Shown here: positions 1 through 8,979 of the stretch, piece by piece
Numbering within the stretch: the stretch's first letter is position 1
Layout: each line of letters opens with the position of its first letter
Source of the DNA: a virus
Lineage: Duplodnaviria; Caudoviricetes
Direction: 5' to 3' (one strand)
DNA length: 57,788 bases
Virus record (IMG/VR): IMGVR_UViG_3300033076_000814
Coordinates: 1-57,788 of that record
The notes under the pieces: generated by a model
Seen by the model: only the letters and a program-made list of their open reading frames with translations
What the model was told of the DNA's origin: nothing
Database searches by the model: none
Program-made: the position numbers and the translations under genes

Positions 1-41
1 GAAAGAGAAGAAGACCTCCTCCCCCCCGATCTTTCTCTTTC
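1..41. repeat. Left-terminal hairpin
   Basis: gaaagagaa (1-9) is the reverse complement of ttctctttc (33-41). Confidence 0.6.
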
Positions 42-128
42 AATATAGATCATACCCTCTATAACAAAAAAAAAGAATTTCTTATTATTATTTTTTATTA
101 TTTTTTATTTTTTTTCTGAAAATTTTGT

Positions 129-136
129 TATTTTTG
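129..136 (+). promoter_or_regulatory. Bacteroidota -7 promoter element (TAnnTTTG)
   Basis: TATTTTTG upstream of the first operon. Confidence 0.55.
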
Positions 137-141
137 CTCTC

Positions 142-317
142 ACGCCAATGATTAAGAGATGAAGAAAATCGAAAAAAAATTATTTAGAAGTCAAAAATTG
201 CTCAAAGACATATTTGATGCAACCCAATTCCCATTGTTCCCAGTAAACTCTTGTTTATGGTTAATCATTGGCGTTTTTAATCCATTTTAAACATTACTGG
301 GGCAATGGGAAGCATCA
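142..317 (+). promoter_or_regulatory. Structured 5' leader with two crossing inverted repeats, one covering the ORF1 start codon
   Basis: 142-155 pairs perfectly with 261-274; 215-246 pairs with 294-317, which includes ATG 305. Confidence 0.6.
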
Positions 318-1219
318 GAAAACAACAAAAGAGGGTATCTGGCTTAAAAAAGTACAATCGAATAGTTAGCACCTTAGTTAAGGATCATAAAAAAAAGGGT
401 GAAACTTATGATTTAAGAGAGGTTCGGAAGATTGCCAGTAGTCTTTATCCTAATTTTAAAGAAACGCCATTAAAAGGGATTAGAAAGAGAGATATTCTTT
501 CTGCAACTCCAAAATCATTATTATCTTCCCAGAGAGGTTTTCAAAAACCATCAAAAGAAGAACCATCATACACATTACCTCCAGAATTTACTGATCCAAA
601 TGAAAGATATTATTATGATTTGGCAGATTTACTTGGATTAATTGAAACTGAAATACCAAATGATGTATTTTTTATATCAGAACTTGCTGGTTCAGAGGGT
701 TTAATTATTCGAGGTGGAACAAAACTTGAACCATCTGCCGAAGCATTTTATGTCAATAATTTTCAAAATTTAATAGCTTATTTGGATAAGCAACGCCAAT
801 CTGGGCAATTTAAAGATGATAGTGGTGGAGATTTTAGAATACCTTGTACTCCAGCAAAATTTGATAACAAAAACAAACATTGGGTTAGTAAAATAATTCT
901 TGTTGATGCGGATGGAAATAAATTAGGATCAGATGGTTTTGATCCAGAAGCATCAAGAATAATGGATGCTTTTAATCCAGATCAAAAGTATGCCTCCGAA
1001 CCAGCACCAACGAAACCTAAATCAACAAAGAAAGCACCAGAACCAACTGGGGGAATGTCACCAGAAGAAATTAGAGTTAGAAGCAAGGAAGCGGAAAATG
1101 TTGAGTTCAATCAAGATATAGAAGCAATTAAACTCGGAATATTTGGTGCTGGTACGCCAGAACAACAGAAAAAAGCATTTTTAGATAAATGGACAAAAAG
1201 AGGAAGATTTAAAGCATAA
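305..1219 (+). CDS. Hypothetical protein with basic N-terminus (possible terminal or DNA-binding protein)
   Basis: 304 aa ORF, first gene of the left end. Confidence 0.75.
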   Translation: MGSIRKQQKRVSGLKKYNRIVSTLVKDHKKKGETYDLREVRKIASSLYPNFKETPLKGIRKRDILSATPKSLLSSQRGFQKPSKEEPSYTLPPEFTDPNERYYYDLADLLGLIETEIPNDVFFISELAGSEGLIIRGGTKLEPSAEAFYVNNFQNLIAYLDKQRQSGQFKDDSGGDFRIPCTPAKFDNKNKHWVSKIILVDADGNKLGSDGFDPEASRIMDAFNPDQKYASEPAPTKPKSTKKAPEPTGGMSPEEIRVRSKEAENVEFNQDIEAIKLGIFGAGTPEQQKKAFLDKWTKRGRFKA

Positions 1220-1222
1220 AAA

Positions 1223-1513
1223 ATGGGAAGATTAACCGAAGCATTTGGATTTATTAATGTTGAACCCTCAAAATTCAATGGGTTATGGGTGCAAGATAAT
1301 ATGACATCATTATCAGTTACTCCAGCTTTAAAAAAAATTAGATTAGAAAATCTCTCATTGATCCGAAAAGAAAAAAAAGAAGTTATTTCTAATGAATTAA
1401 AAGAGAGGGAAAAGAAATTGGAGGTTATGGATTATTTGGCTGATCTTCAAGCAATGGAAATGGGATTAATCTCTAAAAAACAATTTGAATTAAAGCATGG
1501 ATCATTAGCATAG
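1223..1513 (+). CDS. Hypothetical protein
   Basis: 96 aa ORF directly after ORF1; C-terminus (DLQAMEMGLISKKQF) weakly resembles the ORF1 C-terminus. Confidence 0.7.
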   Translation: MGRLTEAFGFINVEPSKFNGLWVQDNMTSLSVTPALKKIRLENLSLIRKEKKEVISNELKEREKKLEVMDYLADLQAMEMGLISKKQFELKHGSLA

Positions 1514-1544
1514 TTTGATTTTTTAAAATTTTAAATGAATAAGT

Positions 1545-1745
1545 ATGAGTTCTAACTCCAAAACAAGTATCTCAAAATCGAGATACTATCTTCATCGAAT
1601 GGTTAAAAAACACAGATTAGATGTTCGTCTGGTCGTTCAGAAAAGAACCATTTATGTTAAGCATTACAATTTTGTTCCAGCCTTAAATGATCCATACATC
1701 AAAAGATTGCTGGATTTAGGATATTCTTTACAAACTGAAATTTAA
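1545..1745 (+). CDS. Hypothetical protein
   Basis: 66 aa ORF in operon. Confidence 0.65.
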   Translation: MSSNSKTSISKSRYYLHRMVKKHRLDVRLVVQKRTIYVKHYNFVPALNDPYIKRLLDLGYSLQTEI

Positions 1746-1749
1746 GCAA

Positions 1750-2103
1750 ATGAAAGAGTTTGATATTAAACAATTCAATCCAAATCCAAAAACAGAAATC
1801 TCTGTTCAGAAAAAGCAACAAATAGAGAGGGAGTATATGGGTAGTATTAATCCGTATAATGGTCATCATATTTGGGAAATAAATCCAGAAAATTTAGAGA
1901 TAAATTTGGCTATGGAAATAAAAAAGGATACAATTGAATTTGTGCATAACTATAAAAAAGTCAATACGCCAAACAAAGAAATATTATTTAGAAAAGGTTT
2001 TTTTTATGTATCGGCAATCAATAAAAAAAATGCATTGAAAAAATATTTGAAAGGAACTAATGGTAGTAAGAAATACGGAATATTACCCATTAAATTGTTT
2101 TAG
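1750..2103 (+). CDS. Hypothetical protein
   Basis: 117 aa ORF in operon. Confidence 0.7.
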   Translation: MKEFDIKQFNPNPKTEISVQKKQQIEREYMGSINPYNGHHIWEINPENLEINLAMEIKKDTIEFVHNYKKVNTPNKEILFRKGFFYVSAINKKNALKKYLKGTNGSKKYGILPIKLF

Positions 2104-2126
2104 TAACCAATAATAAATAAATAAGT

Positions 2127-2717
2127 ATGAGTAAAAAGTATGTTAAAAAACCAGTTGTCATTGATGCAATCCAATGGAATGGAGAAAACATTGAAGAAGT
2201 ATTGAGATTTAGTGATAAATGTTACTACAATGGAACAACACTAAAGATTAATACATTGGAGGGTATTCATGTCGCATCAAAAGGAGATTTTATCATTAAA
2301 GGTATAAAGGGTGAATTTTATCCATGTAAGCCAGATATTTTTGAAATGACTTACGATGATTTTTCAGAACCAAAAGAAATCCAAGTTCCTCCAATTAAAT
2401 CACTTCATAACACAACATCAAATGGTGCAAAAAAGAATGTTAAAGACATCAAATTCTGGGGTGATGGTGATTTGTTCCAACTAATTTCAAAAGCATCAAG
2501 TGAAGCAGAGGGTTGGATGAAGTCAACAAAAGCAATGGAAATTGAAAATATTGGTTGTGTTGTTCAAGTTACAACGCAACAAAGAAATCCAGATGGATCG
2601 TATGCTATTTCGGATGCAGTCACTTTTGTTCCAAATGCAACTATCATTTCAGAAATTAATGAAAATGAGGAAGTTATTTCAAGGAAGTTAGTAAACCCTA
2701 AAAAAGTTGAATATTAA
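2127..2717 (+). CDS. Conserved phage protein (KKPVVIDAIQW / GEFYPCKPDIF family) fused to a second domain
   Basis: KYVKKPVVIDAIQWNG...TLEG...GDFIIKGIKGEFYPCKPDIFEMTY is a common phage hypothetical motif. Confidence 0.75.
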   Translation: MSKKYVKKPVVIDAIQWNGENIEEVLRFSDKCYYNGTTLKINTLEGIHVASKGDFIIKGIKGEFYPCKPDIFEMTYDDFSEPKEIQVPPIKSLHNTTSNGAKKNVKDIKFWGDGDLFQLISKASSEAEGWMKSTKAMEIENIGCVVQVTTQQRNPDGSYAISDAVTFVPNATIISEINENEEVISRKLVNPKKVEY

Positions 2718-2749
2718 TCTATCAAAAATCAATTTTTAAATCAACAAAT

Positions 2750-3421
2750 ATGAAGTATTTAAACAATGGCGTTCAAGTAAACGCAATTCAATGGAATGGT
2801 CAAAACAAAGATGAGATCATCAGATTTTTTGGAGATGATCCAACAAAGATGGATTATCAATCTGCTAATGGGATATACATGATTTATGGAGATCAATTGT
2901 ATTTGCGTATGGCAAATGGTCAGTTGATGGTTAATATAGGTGATTATGTAGTTCAGACACCTCGCCTTACTTACTATCCATGCAATCCAAATGATTTTGA
3001 AAGGGATCATAAGCCGATTGGAGAAAGTCAAGAAAAAATGTTAGCACAAGACATTCCAGCAGTTGATCCAATAGCAATGTTAAAGCAGTTTAACGAAGTG
3101 AGTATCGAGAGTATCGAAACCTCGCCAATTAATGTTTCTATTCTGGAGGGTAAATATCTTGTGATGAAACAAGGTCAAATCCATTTATGTTTTTACCCAG
3201 ATCAATTTGTTTTGCTTCAAAAAACAATTAATCAAATTGTAAATGGTTTGAATGGTGTTGTTGAAGAACCAGAACCAACCCCAGAAGAAAAACAAGTATC
3301 TGCTGATCCATCAAATACAGAAACAGAATTTGAGTGGGATGTAAAAGCACCAGAAGTGGATAATACAACTCCAGAAGATTTAGCTGGATTGAGCAAAAAC
3401 GATAACGAAGAAAATAAATAG
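2750..3421 (+). CDS. Paralogue of the preceding protein with acidic C-terminus
   Basis: VNAIQWNGQN...GDYVV...YYPCNPNDF. Confidence 0.7.
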   Translation: MKYLNNGVQVNAIQWNGQNKDEIIRFFGDDPTKMDYQSANGIYMIYGDQLYLRMANGQLMVNIGDYVVQTPRLTYYPCNPNDFERDHKPIGESQEKMLAQDIPAVDPIAMLKQFNEVSIESIETSPINVSILEGKYLVMKQGQIHLCFYPDQFVLLQKTINQIVNGLNGVVEEPEPTPEEKQVSADPSNTETEFEWDVKAPEVDNTTPEDLAGLSKNDNEENK

Positions 3422-3424
3422 GTT

Positions 3425-3940
3425 ATGGCAAAGCAACAAGGTAAACCAGTAAATCCGATTGATGAAGAAATCAAATCGGAAATGACAAAATCCTCTCCAG
3501 TTCCTCCAGTTGAGGAGAGTAAAAGTATGGAAACATTTGAACAAGAAATAGATGTTAAATATGATGGAAATGATCCAAACCCATTTGCTGATCCATCCGA
3601 ACCAGTAGATGTAATTCCGCTTCCAGAAAGAGAGATAATTCTTCCAAAAAGATATTTTGTTTCGGAATGTTTATACAGACCTACAAATGTTGAAAGAGGT
3701 GAATATGATTTCTCTGAATTTTTAATTGACATGGAAACAATCCAATCGATTGAAAAAATATTTCCAGAAAGATTGCTTGATTTTGGAGTAGGTGAGAAAG
3801 AGGCGGAATTGAACAATATGATGGATGGATGTATTATTTATGCATCAGCATTTGCAGAAGAAATGATTGTTCTTGATTATTCATTTGAAGAATTAATCCA
3901 AAACTTAATTGAATATCGTGGCAACGAAACAAGTAAGTGA
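3425..3940 (+). CDS. Acidic hypothetical protein
   Basis: 171 aa ORF; contains a 35-bp repeat also found in the 18219-22715 gene. Confidence 0.7.
   Translation: MAKQQGKPVNPIDEEIKSEMTKSSPVPPVEESKSMETFEQEIDVKYDGNDPNPFADPSEPVDVIPLPEREIILPKRYFVSECLYRPTNVERGEYDFSEFLIDMETIQSIEKIFPERLLDFGVGEKEAELNNMMDGCIIYASAFAEEMIVLDYSFEELIQNLIEYRGNETSK
3479..3513 (+). repeat. 35-bp exact direct repeat, copy 1 (copy 2 at 21429-21463)
   Basis: gaaatgacaaaatcctctccagttcctccagttga at both sites, encoding EMTKSSPVPPVE. Confidence 0.9.
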
Positions 3941-4691
3941 ATTTGATTACCAGAGATTACTCGCTCTCCAGATAGCGAACAAAAATCCGTTTTCAGAACA
4001 TTTCAGAGGATCAAGAAAAACTTTGATTGTATTTGGTAGGGAAGTTTGTACTTCGTTATCTGGAGGTGATACTCTGGATATTGGTGATATTTCTGATCGT
4101 CAATTTAAATCCTTTCTTGGATCATTCAAGAGAGGGTTGTATGCCCAATTTCAGAAACATCCAGAATTAATCAACCTACAAGTTGATTTTGCTGGAATGT
4201 CAAAAGGAAAAAACAAAAAAGAATTTCAGAAAATCAGAAACTTCTCATATTATTGGAACATTGATTTGTCATCTGCATACTGGCAAATAGGACATAGGTT
4301 GGGATATGTTTCTGATAGTTTTTACTCAAAGTATATTGATCGTAATGAATATAAAGCGGTTAAGCGTTTATGTTTTTCTTTCCTATCCAGAACCAACTGG
4401 AGAGAATATAATCTTTTAGATGAAACATTTATCATTAACTGCGATAATACAATAGAACGCCAATGTTATAAAAATGTCCGAAAGGAATTGTACCGAATAA
4501 TATCTGGTGCATTGCAAATAGCTGGTGATGATTATATAGATTTCAACATTGATGCAATAAGTGTTTCTAAGTCTAAGAAAAATGAAATACTTGACTATTT
4601 TAAATCATTGAATTTAGATGTAAAAGTCAATAGAATTACCAAAGTCAATGATTATCAGATAGAAACAAAAGGTCGTATCCGAAATTTCTAA
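3918..4691 (+). CDS. Miniature family-B DNA polymerase-like palm protein (no exonuclease domain)
   Basis: Motif A-like WNIDLSSAYWQ, motif B-like YKAVKRLCFSFL and motif C-like DFNIDAISV in the expected order; start at GTG 3918 or TTG 3909. Confidence 0.55.
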   Translation: MATKQVSEFDYQRLLALQIANKNPFSEHFRGSRKTLIVFGREVCTSLSGGDTLDIGDISDRQFKSFLGSFKRGLYAQFQKHPELINLQVDFAGMSKGKNKKEFQKIRNFSYYWNIDLSSAYWQIGHRLGYVSDSFYSKYIDRNEYKAVKRLCFSFLSRTNWREYNLLDETFIINCDNTIERQCYKNVRKELYRIISGALQIAGDDYIDFNIDAISVSKSKKNEILDYFKSLNLDVKVNRITKVNDYQIETKGRIRNF

Positions 4692-4759
4692 TGTTGAAAA
4701 CTAACATATCATTGTTGAAAACTCAAAAATAATTTTCTTGCGTAATTAAAACTAAATGG

Positions 4760-4767
4760 TAACTTTG
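4760..4767 (+). promoter_or_regulatory. Bacteroidota -7 promoter element
   Basis: TAACTTTG with TTG at 4738-4740, in an intergenic gap. Confidence 0.65.
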
Positions 4768-4775
4768 TTCCATAA

Positions 4776-5093
4776 ATGTTTAAAAAACGCCAAATGAACA
4801 AAATTGACCAAATGACTTTTACTTGCGAATTAGTTTCGGAAACAAGTATGTCACCAGTTAGCAAATCTTTAGGAGTAAGAAAAAGCATCATGACTTTGTA
4901 TGCTTTTGAAAATGATCCAAATTATTATTTTATTGAATGGGAGATACCAACTCTGGATAAATGTGAAAACATAGGTATCTGGTGTGAAGATGGTACAAAA
5001 GTAATTTGTGACTATGACGGAGTTTTTTCCTTATCAGAATTTGCTATTGAGTTTTTGCAGAAAAACGGATTTGACACATCATACGCAGAATAA
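4776..5093 (+). CDS. Hypothetical protein
   Basis: 105 aa ORF; a later ATG may be the true start. Confidence 0.7.
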   Translation: MFKKRQMNKIDQMTFTCELVSETSMSPVSKSLGVRKSIMTLYAFENDPNYYFIEWEIPTLDKCENIGIWCEDGTKVICDYDGVFSLSEFAIEFLQKNGFDTSYAE

Positions 5094-5308
5094 TGAGAAA
5101 AGGATTGTTTTATTACAACACATTGTCACCAGAAGAAGCAAAGCTATTTGATGACAATTTTATTCCAAGAAAAGGTGGTTGTACCAAAGATCAATATTTA
5201 AATCGATCATTTATTTCAATGAGAGAATTTATACTATCTGCATTTATGTGGAATACAACTCCAGAGGGATTTTACTTCTGGAGTGAAATATCAGAAAGAA
5301 ATATTTAA
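5093..5308 (+). CDS. Hypothetical phage protein (FxWxxTPEGxxFW motif)
   Basis: 71 aa ORF with stop/start overlap. Confidence 0.7.
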   Translation: MRKGLFYYNTLSPEEAKLFDDNFIPRKGGCTKDQYLNRSFISMREFILSAFMWNTTPEGFYFWSEISERNI

Positions 5309-5337
5309 TAGTCATTAAATACCAAATAATAAATCAC

Positions 5338-5568
5338 ATGAATAAGTATCAAAGAAAGCAACTCGAAACCATTATGGAGAAAATAGATGAGTTGAAATCC
5401 GAACTGGAAAACATCAGAGATGATGAGCAAGAAAAACTTGATAATACTCCAGAAAACCTCCAGAATAGCGAAAGATATTGCAATATGGAAGCATCAACAT
5501 CATCATTGGATGATGCAATAGACAATCTTCAAAGTGCCTATGATGATATTTCAACCTCAATGGAATAA
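5338..5568 (+). CDS. Coiled-coil phage protein
   Basis: DDEQEKLDNTPENLQNSER, a common small helical phage protein motif. Confidence 0.7.
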   Translation: MNKYQRKQLETIMEKIDELKSELENIRDDEQEKLDNTPENLQNSERYCNMEASTSSLDDAIDNLQSAYDDISTSME

Positions 5569-5612
5569 TAGGCATATAATACCAAGTAAACAATCAAAAC
5601 AAATAAATAGAG

Positions 5613-6419
5613 ATGGAAACAAAAATCCAAAAATCAAAACGCAGAGATTACCAATTGGTTGATCCTCGAAACATTATTATCCGAGAAAACTTTAATGTTA
5701 GAACGGATATGGGTGACATTGAAACATTAATGACTTCAATTGTGGAAAGTGGTCTTCAAATACCAATTAAAGCAAAAAAGGTTCGTGGATCAGATGATCA
5801 ATGGGAGGTTATCGATGGACACCGAAGAATTATGGCAATTCATCTTGCAATTGAGTATGGTCACGAAATCGATTTTGTAGAAGTGTTGCCGTATCAAGGC
5901 AAGGAAGACGATGAAGTTTTTTCAATGCTTATTACTGGTGTTGGTCAAAAGCCATTGTCGGAAATGGAACAAGCAGAGGGTATTGCCAGATTAATGCAAT
6001 TTGGACATAAGCCAGAAGATATTGCGAAGCGTATGGGAAAATCAACTCCTCATGTGTATTATCTGATTAAATTAAATTCTCTACCAGAGAAATATAAGCA
6101 GTTGATCCGAGATGGGTATATTTCTGGATATGCTATGCTTGAAATCATCGAAAATAATCCAGTAGAAGATTGGGAAGAAAAAGTTGAAAATGCCATTGCA
6201 AATGCTCAAAAGTCATCAAAAAATGGCGAGGTTAAAAAAGCAACCGCAAAGGATTTGGCTGAAAAAAAATTAAAGCCAATTGAGAAACTTCGTGACCTTG
6301 TAATTTATTTGGATGAAAATAGCATCGAAAACGACAAGGCAACAATTGTTCGTGAAGTATGGGAACGAATAAATTGCGATGAAACATTGGATGATTTAAT
6401 CATGATAATTGAAAGCTAA
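5613..6419 (+). CDS. ParB/Srx N-terminal domain protein with HTH
   Basis: NFNVR...SIVESGLQIPI...VIDGHRRIMA...LSEMEQAEGIARL...IAKRMGKS. Confidence 0.85.
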   Translation: METKIQKSKRRDYQLVDPRNIIIRENFNVRTDMGDIETLMTSIVESGLQIPIKAKKVRGSDDQWEVIDGHRRIMAIHLAIEYGHEIDFVEVLPYQGKEDDEVFSMLITGVGQKPLSEMEQAEGIARLMQFGHKPEDIAKRMGKSTPHVYYLIKLNSLPEKYKQLIRDGYISGYAMLEIIENNPVEDWEEKVENAIANAQKSSKNGEVKKATAKDLAEKKLKPIEKLRDLVIYLDENSIENDKATIVREVWERINCDETLDDLIMIIES

Positions 6420-6660
6420 TATGAAAGGCTGGTGCAAAATAATTGAAACCGAAACACATGATGTTTTGGTTTCAAGAAGTTCAAAAGATGAAAAGGAAGT
6501 TATTGAGGTTACAATTCAAACAGAGATTTGTGAGGTTACTCAAACTTTAGGGTTCAATGAGGATGTCGAAAAAGCCGATAAGGTTTTTAAAGAAAAAATT
6601 GATCATGATTATTGTGTTGCTTTCATCGAAGCGGTTATGAAAGATTTTGAAATCTCTTAA
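6409..6660 (+). CDS. Hypothetical protein
   Basis: 83 aa ORF; ATG 6421 is an alternative start. Confidence 0.65.
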   Translation: MKANMKGWCKIIETETHDVLVSRSSKDEKEVIEVTIQTEICEVTQTLGFNEDVEKADKVFKEKIDHDYCVAFIEAVMKDFEIS

Positions 6661-6671
6661 TTACACATACA

Positions 6672-7058
6672 ATGAAAAAACCAAGAAAAAAGAAAGAGAT
6701 TGATTTTGGTATTTATCAGCACAATCTTTTTACCCAGATGCAATATGGAAAAGATAAAATCCTATGGCTTCTAACCAAGTTTCCAAAGACCAGAGATGAT
6801 GATAGTTTGCTTTATGCTTATTATATCATTTATGAAGTTGGTTCTGGTGATTTTGAAAAAGGAAAGAAACAACTGGAGGGTATGACTGCATTAAAATGGC
6901 TTCGAGAGTTTGCTGATCATGAATACATGAATTATGCATCATTGATCAGAGCCAGAAGACTTATCCAAGCAGAACCGATTTTTGCTCATTTGCGAGGTGA
7001 AAAATATGTTGAACGCCAAGTTGCAGATGAGTTCTTCAAGAAAAATATTAACAAGTAA
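6672..7058 (+). CDS. Hypothetical phage protein
   Basis: FPKTRDDDSLL...SLIRARRLIQ motif. Confidence 0.7.
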   Translation: MKKPRKKKEIDFGIYQHNLFTQMQYGKDKILWLLTKFPKTRDDDSLLYAYYIIYEVGSGDFEKGKKQLEGMTALKWLREFADHEYMNYASLIRARRLIQAEPIFAHLRGEKYVERQVADEFFKKNINK

Positions 7059-7070
7059 AAATTTTAAAAA

Positions 7071-7508
7071 ATGTCAAAAGGCAAAATTCAGAGCATAAAT
7101 CATGTAAGCAACTGGAAAGCAGATGATGGAACAATGTATTACTATCATCTTGTTGAAATAGCAAATGGAGATAAAGGAAAAGCACCTTTTAAATCAATGG
7201 ATCAATATAAGGTTGGAGATACAATCGAGTACGATATTATTGGTGATAGAATGAAAATTACCAAATCATCTCCTACCGCAGAAAAACCACAATCGACTGG
7301 AGGTTATGGCAAAGCACCTCGAAATTATCAATCAAATGGTAAACGATCACCAGAAGATTATTTAGGCTTCATTTATGGTTACGCAAAAGACATACATATT
7401 GCCGAGATACAAGCAACTGGCAAAAAAGTTCCTTTAGCAAACTTGAAAAAGAATGTGGAGGAAATGTATGCTCATATTCAAGAGTTGTTAAACGCAGAAA
7501 ATAAATAA
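7071..7508 (+). CDS. Possible single-stranded DNA-binding (OB-fold) protein
   Basis: Beta-rich N-terminus ending YKVGDTIEY, flexible linker, replication-module context. Confidence 0.45.
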   Translation: MSKGKIQSINHVSNWKADDGTMYYYHLVEIANGDKGKAPFKSMDQYKVGDTIEYDIIGDRMKITKSSPTAEKPQSTGGYGKAPRNYQSNGKRSPEDYLGFIYGYAKDIHIAEIQATGKKVPLANLKKNVEEMYAHIQELLNAENK

Positions 7509-7511
7509 CCA

Positions 7512-7778
7512 ATGAAAAAAGTTAGCATCATTATTTTGTTGTTTCTGCAATCATGTGTTTCTCAAAGTACGATTGATTCCATCAAAGTAGGGCAATTTTA
7601 TGAATATGGGAAAAATCCTTTTGAGCGTGATACTTTAAAAATCATAGCAATTAAAGAGGATTATGCCAAATATTATTCTTTTAAGAAAGACACAACTTAC
7701 ACAGACAGACTTGGATTTATTGCAATGGCTATTACGGATGGAGATTGTGTATTAATCACAAAAAAAACAGACAAATGA
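7512..7778 (+). CDS. Putative lipoprotein
   Basis: MKKVSIIILLFLQSC signal peptide with lipobox Cys. Confidence 0.65.
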   Translation: MKKVSIIILLFLQSCVSQSTIDSIKVGQFYEYGKNPFERDTLKIIAIKEDYAKYYSFKKDTTYTDRLGFIAMAITDGDCVLITKKTDK

Positions 7779-7981
7779 ATAATTCAAAAAAGAAAGTATT
7801 TATACTGGAGGTAATTCAAGACGAACAAGACCATACTGGTTTTGGTTTGCAAATTAGAACTCAAATTGATGGTTTTAATCCATTGCAATTAATTGGTATT
7901 CTGGAAATGAAAAAAGCAGAGATAATTGCAGAAATGAAGCCGACAAAGAAGTTTAATCCTCGAAATCCAAATGTAAATTAA
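7775..7981 (+). CDS. Hypothetical protein
   Basis: ATG 7775 overlaps the upstream stop (ATGA). Confidence 0.65.
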   Translation: MNNSKKKVFILEVIQDEQDHTGFGLQIRTQIDGFNPLQLIGILEMKKAEIIAEMKPTKKFNPRNPNVN

Positions 7982-7982
7982 A

Positions 7983-8348
7983 ATGAAAAGATGTACTGGT
8001 TGTGGTGCTTACGAAGACGAAATGCCACAAATGAAAGAACAAAATCCAAATATGTTGGCTTGTTGTCCAGATAGTAGTTTCAAAGACATTACTCCTATGC
8101 GAGAACTGAAAAAGTATTTACTGGATGAATTACCAAAATTCAAAAAATTGGCATCCGCACCAATAAGTGAGGATCAAATGGAAAGTGTTTTAAAAGGTTT
8201 GATCGAGGATATTGATAAACGATTTATTCCATTAGAAAAAGATCATTTGAGAGAGGCGGTAATTCTGGGGCATAATTGCAGTCATATCTTAAATGTAAAT
8301 GGATTGGCAAATGCTTATTTGGACAATCGATACAACAACGATTTGTAA
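7983..8348 (+). CDS. Hypothetical protein with N-terminal Cys motif
   Basis: CTGC...ACCP. Confidence 0.65.
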   Translation: MKRCTGCGAYEDEMPQMKEQNPNMLACCPDSSFKDITPMRELKKYLLDELPKFKKLASAPISEDQMESVLKGLIEDIDKRFIPLEKDHLREAVILGHNCSHILNVNGLANAYLDNRYNNDL

Positions 8349-8402
8349 AAAAAATCGAAACTATAATAGTAAGTGATATAAGTATTAAAAACGCCAAGAG
8401 AA

Positions 8403-8618
8403 ATGAGTAATGAAAAATTAACTTCGGTTGAAAAGATGCAATTGGCTATTTCATTCGTAACTGGACATTTGGTATCTCCAGATCAAGCCAGTAAGATAAT
8501 CGATACATTATCGATTTTGAAAGATCATCCAGATGATTTTAGTATTGCAATGGCAAAAGAAAAATTGAATTTCACCCCTCCAAAAAATCAAAACGATGAA
8601 TGTAAAGCAACTTGCTGA
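8403..8618 (+). CDS. Hypothetical protein
   Basis: 71 aa ORF. Confidence 0.6.
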   Translation: MSNEKLTSVEKMQLAISFVTGHLVSPDQASKIIDTLSILKDHPDDFSIAMAKEKLNFTPPKNQNDECKATC

Positions 8619-8979
8619 TCAAGAATATAAAAAATCAGAACTTCCAAAAGATGCATTAATTCAATCGGTATTTGAAATAGCATTTGAATTGGGTTATAAG
8701 GCTGGACAAGTAAGACCTCCAGCCTCTATTGGAATGATTACAAATTTTCAGTTAGAACTTGAAAGTAATAATGCATTAAGAGATATTATTTGTATGCAGA
8801 GCCGAATGGATCAAAATGTTTATTACAAGATGCTTTCAGAATTTATAATCGAGCAGACTGCATTAAGTAGAAATTATAAGGATTTAGCAGATGTTCAAAA
8901 TCATTTCCGAAACTGGGTTCGTAAAAAAATCCAAGACAATCCTAATGTCACAAGATCATCTGATGCTGGAAGATTATGA
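8596..8979 (+). CDS. Possible replication initiator or helicase-loader-like protein
   Basis: C-terminal EF...Q...Y...HFRNWVRK; overlaps the dnaB start. Confidence 0.45.
   Translation: MNVKQLADQEYKKSELPKDALIQSVFEIAFELGYKAGQVRPPASIGMITNFQLELESNNALRDIICMQSRMDQNVYYKMLSEFIIEQTALSRNYKDLADVQNHFRNWVRKKIQDNPNVTRSSDAGRL

Noticed and set aside
3232-3816. 194-aa antisense ORF and the many other antisense or out-of-frame ORFs in the track (e.g. 13434-13946, 39987-40403, 32882-33130)
   Set aside because: They overlap better-supported genes, have Ser/Phe-rich shadow composition, and lack promoter or operon context.
5613-6419. Plasmid-type ParABS partition system
   Set aside because: No ParA ATPase or parS-like repeat array nearby; the lone ParB-like domain is a common phage gene.
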